Source: Candidatus Iainarchaeum sp. (GTDB lineage: Archaea > Iainarchaeota > Iainarchaeia > Iainarchaeales > CSSED10-239). From it: a stretch of 32,000 nt of DNA. The position numbers and the translations under genes were made by a program. Position 1 is the first letter of the stretch, and the number at the start of each line of letters is the position of its first letter. A model generated the notes under the pieces. The model did no database searches and was not told where the DNA came from. It worked only from the letters and a program-made list of their open reading frames with translations. Below are positions 18,577 to 25,715 of this stretch, piece by piece. The stretch spans positions 1-32,000 of the forward strand of contig JBBISB010000002.1 of NCBI GenBank assembly GCA_037441475.1, read 5' to 3'.

Positions 18577-19311
18577 TTACTTCTTCTTTTTATCATCTTT
18601 CTTTGCAGGTGCAGCCTTTGCATCTTTACCAGCAGGTGCTTTTGCATCCTTTCCAGGAGCGACTTTACCTTTTGCAGCCTTAAGTTCTTGAGCTTTTGCT
18701 TCTTCAGCTTTCTTCTCTTCTTCTGCCATTGCTGCAAGTTTTTTTCTTTTCTTTGTAGTTCCAACAGACTTAATTGTTTCTTTATTTTCTTCAATTACAA
18801 CTTTCATTTTACATGGAAGTTTTGAATTAAGTCTTTCGAAAACTTTTTTAACAAATTCAACATTTGCTTCATCTACTAAAACACTAAATAATTTTTGATT
18901 AGCTCTTACTCTTGCAGCTATTCCAACTACCTTACCAAAAGGGCATTGACTCATACCTTGCTGTATTCTGTCGGCTTTTGCACCTTGAGCTTGTTTGTTT
19001 TCTCTTAAAAAGAATTGTGGATAAACTCTTAACTTCATATAGAAGTTTTGAGCTGTTAATTTCTTGTTTAAGTTTCTAACAACTGTTGTTCTTACTGATT
19101 CAAGAGCAGTATCTCTTACTTGTATTTTTTCTGAAGTAACATAATGTACAACATGTGTGTATGCTCTTTCTCCAAAACCCATGTGGTATTGTCTTACCTT
19201 TGAGTTTGGAACACCACCAATGTAGTTTTTCCTATGTACTTTTTTTGCAATCCTTGTATAAGCTCTTTTATTGAACTTTGGATTGTAACAATGTCCTGGT
19301 CTTACACCCAT
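18577..19311 (-). CDS. rpl10e: Archaeal ribosomal protein L10e (uL16 family) with a long Lys/Ala/Pro-rich C-terminal tail
   Basis: MGVRPGHCYNPKFNKRAYTRIAKKVHRKNYIGGVPNSKVRQYHMGFGE...PFGKVVGIAARVRANQKLFSVLVDE; tail AKGKVAPGKDAKAPAGKDAKAAPAKKDDKKKK. Confidence 0.96.
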   Translation of the reverse strand: MGVRPGHCYNPKFNKRAYTRIAKKVHRKNYIGGVPNSKVRQYHMGFGERAYTHVVHYVTSEKIQVRDTALESVRTTVVRNLNKKLTAQNFYMKLRVYPQFFLRENKQAQGAKADRIQQGMSQCPFGKVVGIAARVRANQKLFSVLVDEANVEFVKKVFERLNSKLPCKMKVVIEENKETIKSVGTTKKRKKLAAMAEEEKKAEEAKAQELKAAKGKVAPGKDAKAPAGKDAKAAPAKKDDKKKK

Positions 19312-19651
19312 AAATATTCACCTATAATTTGAAATTTTTTATAAATTAACTCCTTTATTTTAAAATAATTTTTAGTAACAAAGAAATTGTCTAATATAAT
19401 ATATATATAGAAAAGTATATAAATGAATATTTTTGAAAAAAATAAGAATTAATTTAAGACTATAAAGATACAAATAAATTAAATAAATTGAAAGCAAGAA
19501 CAGGGATCTGTTATATAGGATAACAGTATGCTCTCACCTTCTTCTTTCTGCCTTTTTTTCTATTTGTGAAATTAGGTAATAGATTACCGTATATATTTAC
19601 AATCAAACTATTTTTATATGTTGTGAGGTTGTAAAAATAAAGTGAAAAGGG

Positions 19652-19679
19652 AAAAAAGTTTAAAAAACTAAACTTTTTT
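19652..19679 (-). terminator. Perfect 10-bp hairpin downstream of locus B, candidate terminator
   Basis: AAAAAAGTTT / AAACTTTTTT inverted repeat with 8-nt loop, 18 nt beyond the stop of the last minus-strand locus B ORF. Confidence 0.5.
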
Positions 19680-19697
19680 ATGTTGAAGTAAGATTAA

Positions 19698-21998
19698 TCA
19701 GTCAAGGTGGAGGTTTATAGGCATTTCAATTCTTACTATTACAACCCAGGTTCCACCGTAAGCAGAACCTGGCATATCAGGAAAACCGTTTGCTCCATTA
19801 CCTATATTTGCAGCAGCATTACCATAAGTACTATTTCCATTACCTCCTTTAGCATAAGCTACAGAAGTCCCTGTAATGCTGTTTGAAATACCAGGAGCAC
19901 CAGCACCACCTGCTGCTGAAGAACTACCAGCAGTACCTATTCCATTTGCACCACCATAACTAAAACCAAAACCTTCTTCATTTGTTGCCCCACCTGTAGA
20001 AGTTGTAGCTCCAAAAGAACTACTTGTTCCAGAAATTCTTTTACGAGGCCAAGAACTATCAGTATATCCACCAGAACCAATAGTTACAGTAGTGTTACCT
20101 AAACTAATAGCTTGACTTGAAAAATATCTATATTGCCCACCATTTCCTCCAGCTCCATTGTAAGGAGCACCACCACCGCCGCCCACAACTAATAATTGTC
20201 CTGTTAAAGCAATATTTGAGTTAAAGGTTCCACCTGAAATGAACCTATGAACTCTCCATACAACTCCACCTGAAACACCCTCAGTAATTAAACCACCTGA
20301 TGAAATAACTTTTCTTACATAAATAGTGTAGGTTTTAGATGGAGCACCAGAAACTGTTGCAACCACAGTAATTGTTTTTTCTAAACCGTCAGAAATATTT
20401 ATTGGACCTGATTCTGAACCAGAAGTTACTGGAGAAACATTAACAGTTATTGTTCCTGATCCAGTTGGAATAACAGTTTTACTATTTATTGTACTTGAAA
20501 GATATCTTACCCCACTATAGGTATATGTACTTGGACTAAAAGTATAGTAACTCGAATAATTCAAAAAAATATCAGTAAGATCTGGAGTTACAGGATCACT
20601 TATAACTACATTATAAGAAGAAACAGAAGTTGCACTTCTTGAAGCACCATCAACAACAGTTACTCTAATATATTTTGTACCAATAGTTGAAAATGAAAAT
20701 GTTTCTGAAGAGTTATTACCTCCAAAAATAATCCATGTGCTTTGATTTGTACTGTATTCCCAAGTATATGTAGATACTCCATTAACAGCATTACTTACTG
20801 AAGATACAAAAGTTATATTTGCATTTGTAAAATGACCTGATCCAGATGTTGGAGAAGTAACACTTGCTGATAATGGATTTGCAACTAAAACACCAGTTAT
20901 TGTGTTTGAATAACCAGTATTAATTGGAAAAGGTCTTCCCGAGTCTGTTAACAAAACTCTAAATTGATAAGTTCCACCAGTTGCAAAAACAGCTGTAATT
21001 GATGCTGAGTTTGTTCCAAAGTTTGTCCACCCAGTATTATCTCTATTATGTTGCCATTGATATGTAATAGTTCCAATATTATTTACAGAACCTACAGTAA
21101 AAGTAATTGATTGACTTAAGTTATATACAGAACTGTTTAAAGGAGAAGATGTAGTTCCTGTCAAAAGAAGAACAACTGTGAAAGAAACACTTGAAGTTGA
21201 AACATCTCCTGTTCCTGTATCTGTAACCTTATAAAAAACAGTATAGCTTCCTGTTGTTTCAAAAGTATGTGTTAAAGAAGAACAGTTAGTTCCTCTTGAG
21301 GTATTAACGTCACTTAATCTTGATATCCATTCACAAGTCACAGCAGAAGTGTTATTATCATAACTTCCATTAAAAGCAATTGCTTCATTGTTGTTCCATG
21401 TACTTCTTGATAAAGCAGTTATGCTTGAAGAAAGATTATCTAAAATATTTACAGAAATTGTGTTTGTTGAAGTAGAAGAGTCTCCAGTATCATTAGTGTC
21501 AAGCTTTATTGAATAACTGTTTACACTTGGAAGGGAGAGAGTAGTGTTACAACTACTACTAAAAGAAGTAAAGGTGCCTAAATCTGCTCTTTTATGACTC
21601 AAGTCACATAAAACAATTGACATATTATTATCAACAGTTGAAGTTAAATTGAAAGTTTTATTAACATTTATATATTTTCCATCAACAGGAGCATTTATGC
21701 TTGATGAAAAAGCATCCCATAAATATAAAAATATTGTTTTACTTGATGTTGTTTCATCATCAGTTGCTACAAGTAAGATTTCATAAGTTCCAGCTGTTGT
21801 AAAAGTATAAGAAATATCACAACTTGTGTTTGAAGGATTCATTCTTACTTGAGAACCGCCATTAATTGTTTGATAAAACTCACAAGCAGCTGTTCCTTTT
21901 GCATTACTTGCAGTTGTATTAAAATCTATTAAAGTATTTGTTCTTTTTTTATCAAAGGTTACAAGATCTGTAAAAAATATTTCAGGCAGGCATTTCAA
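19698..21998 (-). CDS. Large surface/adhesin-like protein with Ig/PKD-like repeats and C-terminal glycine-rich domain
   Basis: 766 aa; repeated ...TYTF(T)..GTY(T)V... modules such as SCDISYTFTTAGTYEILLVATDD and CSSLTHTFETTGSYTVFYKVTD; GQLLVVGGGGGAPYNGAGGNGGQYRYF...GGTWVVIVRI. Confidence 0.8.
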   Translation of the reverse strand: MKCLPEIFFTDLVTFDKKRTNTLIDFNTTASNAKGTAACEFYQTINGGSQVRMNPSNTSCDISYTFTTAGTYEILLVATDDETTSSKTIFLYLWDAFSSSINAPVDGKYINVNKTFNLTSTVDNNMSIVLCDLSHKRADLGTFTSFSSSCNTTLSLPSVNSYSIKLDTNDTGDSSTSTNTISVNILDNLSSSITALSRSTWNNNEAIAFNGSYDNNTSAVTCEWISRLSDVNTSRGTNCSSLTHTFETTGSYTVFYKVTDTGTGDVSTSSVSFTVVLLLTGTTSSPLNSSVYNLSQSITFTVGSVNNIGTITYQWQHNRDNTGWTNFGTNSASITAVFATGGTYQFRVLLTDSGRPFPINTGYSNTITGVLVANPLSASVTSPTSGSGHFTNANITFVSSVSNAVNGVSTYTWEYSTNQSTWIIFGGNNSSETFSFSTIGTKYIRVTVVDGASRSATSVSSYNVVISDPVTPDLTDIFLNYSSYYTFSPSTYTYSGVRYLSSTINSKTVIPTGSGTITVNVSPVTSGSESGPINISDGLEKTITVVATVSGAPSKTYTIYVRKVISSGGLITEGVSGGVVWRVHRFISGGTFNSNIALTGQLLVVGGGGGAPYNGAGGNGGQYRYFSSQAISLGNTTVTIGSGGYTDSSWPRKRISGTSSSFGATTSTGGATNEEGFGFSYGGANGIGTAGSSSAAGGAGAPGISNSITGTSVAYAKGGNGNSTYGNAAANIGNGANGFPDMPGSAYGGTWVVIVRIEMPINLHLD

Positions 21999-22518
21999 CT
22001 AAACATCTTTTAAGATCTATTGTTTTTTTAGGACAAGTTGCTGTTGATAAAGTAAAGGACTTAATATTTCCTCCATCAATAATATCCCCAGAATCAATAT
22101 TAATATCGTTTGTTATAAATGTAAAACCAGAATCTGTACTTAAACTTTTAATTTCTCCTTCTTTTATAGAAGTATCAAACCTACCATGTACTTTTAAAAT
22201 ATCATCAGAAGCTTGAGATTTACCTTGTAAAGTTAAACTTAAGCCTTCAAAATCAATTGGGGTTGGGTTTCTTAAAAGAAGAGTGACTTTACTTGTTTCA
22301 TTATCAACATTACATGAAGTTACAACAAGAGAATATTTCATACATTCCATATTGGATGCAGATTGAAGCTCTCCTTGAGAAACATCTAACTTATCTCTTG
22401 CAGTTGTCTTAGACCATGATAAAAAACCAGCAACCATTACAGAGGTAACTAATATTAATAAAACCACAGAGATTATAGCAGAAATTGATTTTCTTTTAAG
22501 CATTTTTGATTCCTTCAT
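21982..22518 (-). CDS. Archaeal pilin-like protein, copy 1
   Basis: MKESKMLKRKSISAIISVVLLILVTSVMVAGFLSWSKTTA: basic leader followed by pilin-type hydrophobic helix. Confidence 0.78.
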   Translation of the reverse strand: MKESKMLKRKSISAIISVVLLILVTSVMVAGFLSWSKTTARDKLDVSQGELQSASNMECMKYSLVVTSCNVDNETSKVTLLLRNPTPIDFEGLSLTLQGKSQASDDILKVHGRFDTSIKEGEIKSLSTDSGFTFITNDINIDSGDIIDGGNIKSFTLSTATCPKKTIDLKRCLVEMPA

Positions 22519-22566
22519 AGATATTTATGTTTTATTTAGATATATTTATCTAAATTATATATAATA

Positions 22567-22607
22567 TACAATTAATAAGTATTAACAAAACTATTATAAA
22601 TATATGT
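22567..22607. promoter_or_regulatory. Upstream repeat, copy 1 (candidate promoter of pilin-like copy 1)
   Basis: tacaattaataagtattaacaaaactattataaatatatgt, 41 nt, one mismatch to 23223..23263; lies about 49-89 nt upstream of the minus-strand ATG. Confidence 0.6.
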
Positions 22608-22656
22608 TAAATATTTAAAATATTAAAAAAAGTATAGAATGGTAAAAATATTAAAT

Positions 22657-23184
22657 TTATTCAACAAAACATCTTTTTAAATCTATAGTATTTTTAGGAC
22701 AAGTTGCTGTAGAAAGTGTAAAGGATTTAATATTTTCCCCATCAATAATATTTCCAGAATCAAAATTTATGTCATTTGTTATGAATGTAAAACCAGATTC
22801 TGTATTTAAATTTTTAATTTCACCTGATTTTATAGAATTACTAAAACTACCATGCACTTTTAAAATATCATTTGAAACTTGAGACTTACCTTGCAAAGTT
22901 AAACTTAAACCTTCAAAATCAATTGGAGTTGAATTTATTAAAAGAAGATGAATTTTATTTGTATTATTATCAAAAATACAAGATTCCACCATTAAATAAT
23001 ATTTTGAACACTCAACACTAGATGCGGACTTAAATTCTTGTTGAGAAACTTCTAGTTTTTCTTTTGAACTTGTTTTTGACCAAGATAAAAAACCAGCAAC
23101 CATAACAGAAGTTACTAAGATTAATAAAACCACAGAAATTATAGCTGAGATTGATTTTTTATTAATTAATTTTGGCTTCTTCAT
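22657..23184 (-). CDS. Archaeal pilin-like protein, copy 2 (paralog of 21982..22518)
   Basis: KKSISAIISVVLLILVTSVMVAGFLSWSKTSSKEKLEVSQQEF...NPTPIDFEGLSLTLQGKSQ-like segment conserved between copies. Confidence 0.8.
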   Translation of the reverse strand: MKKPKLINKKSISAIISVVLLILVTSVMVAGFLSWSKTSSKEKLEVSQQEFKSASSVECSKYYLMVESCIFDNNTNKIHLLLINSTPIDFEGLSLTLQGKSQVSNDILKVHGSFSNSIKSGEIKNLNTESGFTFITNDINFDSGNIIDGENIKSFTLSTATCPKNTIDLKRCFVE

Positions 23185-23222
23185 AAATATTCAATGGTTA
23201 AAATTTATTTATATTAAAATGA

Positions 23223-23263
23223 TACAATTAATTAGTATTAACAAAACTATTATAAATATATGT
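23223..23263. promoter_or_regulatory. Upstream repeat, copy 2 (candidate promoter of pilin-like copy 2)
   Basis: tacaattaattagtattaacaaaactattataaatatatgt, about 39-79 nt upstream of the minus-strand ATG at 23184. Confidence 0.6.
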
Positions 23264-23297
23264 AAAAGAATAATAATTTAAAAAAATAATTTAAATG

Positions 23298-23639
23298 TTA
23301 CCAAGAGACCTTATCATCTAACTTTACAAAAGAAACATCTGTTTCTACAGGTAATTCAATGATATATCTTGCCTTCTTTTTAGGAGCGTAGAAAGTAAAA
23401 GGTTTTAAACTTTTTTTAATATCCACAACCTTTTTTTCAGAATCTAAGAAAATAACATTTATTGGGTAAAAGACAAATAACATATGTATGGATGATCCTA
23501 AAATTGATTCATACTCTCTTTGAAAAATAAGACCAAACTTAAACTTTTTGCGAGGATAAAACATTAAGCCTAAACCTTGCTTTAAAGGAGAAAGTATTTT
23601 TTTTTTATTAATTAAGGTTTTATTATTTACTTTTATCAT
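23298..23639 (-). CDS. DUF192 family protein
   Basis: PLKQGLGLMFYPRKKFKFGLIFQRE...SIHMLFVFYPINVIFLDSEKKVVDIKKSLKPFTFYAPKKKARYIIELP. Confidence 0.88.
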   Translation of the reverse strand: MIKVNNKTLINKKKILSPLKQGLGLMFYPRKKFKFGLIFQREYESILGSSIHMLFVFYPINVIFLDSEKKVVDIKKSLKPFTFYAPKKKARYIIELPVETDVSFVKLDDKVSW

Positions 23640-23706
23640 AAAGATTATCTTCCTTTTTTTATTATGTTTCTATTACCTTTTTATAAATATTATTTTAAAA
23701 AAAATT

Positions 23707-24852
23707 TTAATTATACTCATAGAAAATTATAAAATCTATTCCATTCTTTGAAATTTCAAAATCTAAAAAGATTGCATCTGAAACAAAAATGGCATACTCT
23801 GCACAAGAAAAGCCACATTCTTTATTTTCAAAAGATAAAAAATATAAAGTATCACTATATGTTTTATCTAAAATATATCTAGAACTAATGGATTTTAAGG
23901 CAATTATGTTGCTTATTTTAATTGTATTTAAATTGTTTGCATTCATGTAAGTTATTGTGTCAATTAAAACCTTCTCTGCATCTGGCTTTGGAACAGTTAT
24001 TTGAAAAATTAAAACAATTATTACAAAGAAAACTAAAATATATTTTATAAAATTAAAACTACTCTCTTCCTTTATAGAAAACATTATAAAAGAAGTAAAG
24101 ATGGATAACAAAATAGCTGTATACAACAAGAAATTATCAAAGAAGATTCTTGTAATTAACTCTCCATCTCCATACCACAAAAAATTATAACCAAAGATAA
24201 TGTTTACAAAAAGAATAACTATTAAAAATATAAAAAATAAAACTATAGAAAGATAATAAAGGTTTAAAAAATATTTTTTCTTTTGAGACTCTTCTTTAAA
24301 AACAGTTAAGTCTTTTGAAATATTAAAAAGAACTCTGTCAAGAGGAACAGAACTATCTTTAAAAGTTTTTAAAAGTATTAAGGTATGGTTTATAATTGGA
24401 CTTTTAATAGTTTCATTAACATTTAATAAGGCATTTTCAAAATCATCTCCCCATGAGACTCTATTAGCTATCCTCTTTATTTCAGTATCAATTGAACCAT
24501 AGGTGTTTGATTTTGTGATATTTGTAAGAGACAAAGATATATTTTTTGTTATCTTATACTCTCTTGATAAATCTTGAAGAAAATAATTAAAAGAAGTTTC
24601 AATTGCCTTTTTTTTAAAATATTTAATAATAAACTCTAAAAAGAAACCAACAAAACTAACCAAAACACCAAAGAAAAACAAAAAATAATAAAGTTTTGTA
24701 TGTATAATATATTTATTTGCTATATAAACAATTAAAAGACCTGAAAGTATACTTGCAAGTATTAATATCTGATACTCATAATTGTATATAAACATCTTAA
24801 ACTTGATGTTAAACTTTTCAAATAAATTTTTATTATTTAAAACCATATTCAC
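23707..24852 (-). CDS. T2SF/TadC-like pilus or secretion membrane protein with extra C-terminal domain, locus B
   Basis: 381 aa; FNYFLQDLSREYKITKNISLSLTNITKSNTYG...WGDDFENALLNV...ILLKTFKDSSVPLDRVLFNISKDLTVFKEE. Confidence 0.75.
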   Translation of the reverse strand: MNMVLNNKNLFEKFNIKFKMFIYNYEYQILILASILSGLLIVYIANKYIIHTKLYYFLFFFGVLVSFVGFFLEFIIKYFKKKAIETSFNYFLQDLSREYKITKNISLSLTNITKSNTYGSIDTEIKRIANRVSWGDDFENALLNVNETIKSPIINHTLILLKTFKDSSVPLDRVLFNISKDLTVFKEESQKKKYFLNLYYLSIVLFFIFLIVILFVNIIFGYNFLWYGDGELITRIFFDNFLLYTAILLSIFTSFIMFSIKEESSFNFIKYILVFFVIIVLIFQITVPKPDAEKVLIDTITYMNANNLNTIKISNIIALKSISSRYILDKTYSDTLYFLSFENKECGFSCAEYAIFVSDAIFLDFEISKNGIDFIIFYEYN

Positions 24853-24865
24853 ACATTCTTAAACA

Positions 24866-25708
24866 TTATTTATATAAGATAATAACTAATATAAACTCAA
24901 TGATTCCAAAAATTATTGCGAAAACCAATAAAGCATCCTTAAGATAAAGATAATCTGAAAAGGTAAAAAATAATATTACTAAAATTATTATAAATAAGAA
25001 AAATAAAAAAATATACATCAAAAATAAAAGATTGATCCTGCTTTTTTTCTGTTCACTAATCTCCCTTCTTGATTGTTCTAAACTTGAGAGGAAATCAGAA
25101 ACAACTTGATTTAAGTTTTCTTTCTTATCAATAACATCTATAAGCTTTCTAAAGAAATTTTTTTCAATCTCAGAATAAGTTTCAGAGATTATTGATTTAA
25201 AGGTATCTCTTAAATTATGGTTGTAATTTGTTAAAGCCATTATCTTTTTAGCTTCTTTACTTAAAAGATCATTATTTTCTAAATTTTCAAAAACCTTTAA
25301 GACATCTTCAATAGTTAAGTTTTCATCTTTTAAAACAGAAAGGTGTCTTATAGTTCTATTAAACTCATCTCCAATCTCTTTTTTAATTGCATCAAGTAAA
25401 TAGTAAGGATATTTATAAAGTAATAAAAAGATCATGAAAGAAAAGGTAAAAGCAATAAAGACAGTTATAAAGAAACTAAAAATATTAAACAAGATATTTA
25501 ACTTAATCATTAAAAAAATTAAAGCAAATTCAATGACTATTAAAAAGAATAGAGCAATAAATAAAATATTGGAGATATAGCTAACAGAGTCTTCATTAAT
25601 ACCAGTATAGTCAAGTACTTTTTCAAAACTTTTTAAGTTATCTTTAAACATTAAGACCAGGTCTTTGAAAAAGAAACTAGATATTTGTGTTAAAAATTTA
25701 CTGAACAT
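24866..25708 (-). CDS. T2SF-like membrane protein (N-terminal-half type), locus B
   Basis: 280 aa; TM helices flanking EIGDEFNRTIRHLSVLKDENLTIEDVLKVFE...YNHNLRDTFKSIISETYSEIEKNFFRKL. Confidence 0.7.
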   Translation of the reverse strand: MFSKFLTQISSFFFKDLVLMFKDNLKSFEKVLDYTGINEDSVSYISNILFIALFFLIVIEFALIFLMIKLNILFNIFSFFITVFIAFTFSFMIFLLLYKYPYYLLDAIKKEIGDEFNRTIRHLSVLKDENLTIEDVLKVFENLENNDLLSKEAKKIMALTNYNHNLRDTFKSIISETYSEIEKNFFRKLIDVIDKKENLNQVVSDFLSSLEQSRREISEQKKSRINLLFLMYIFLFFLFIIILVILFFTFSDYLYLKDALLVFAIIFGIIEFILVIILYK

Positions 25709-25715
25709 ACATATA

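Noticed and set aside
18480-18794. Minus-strand ORF of 104 aa, K/Q/L-rich
   Set aside because: Alternate-frame translation of the low-complexity L10e tail.
23707-24852. Considered the C-terminal extension of the T2SF protein as a separate gene
   Set aside because: The frame is continuous with no internal stop or strong secondary start, so it is kept as one CDS.
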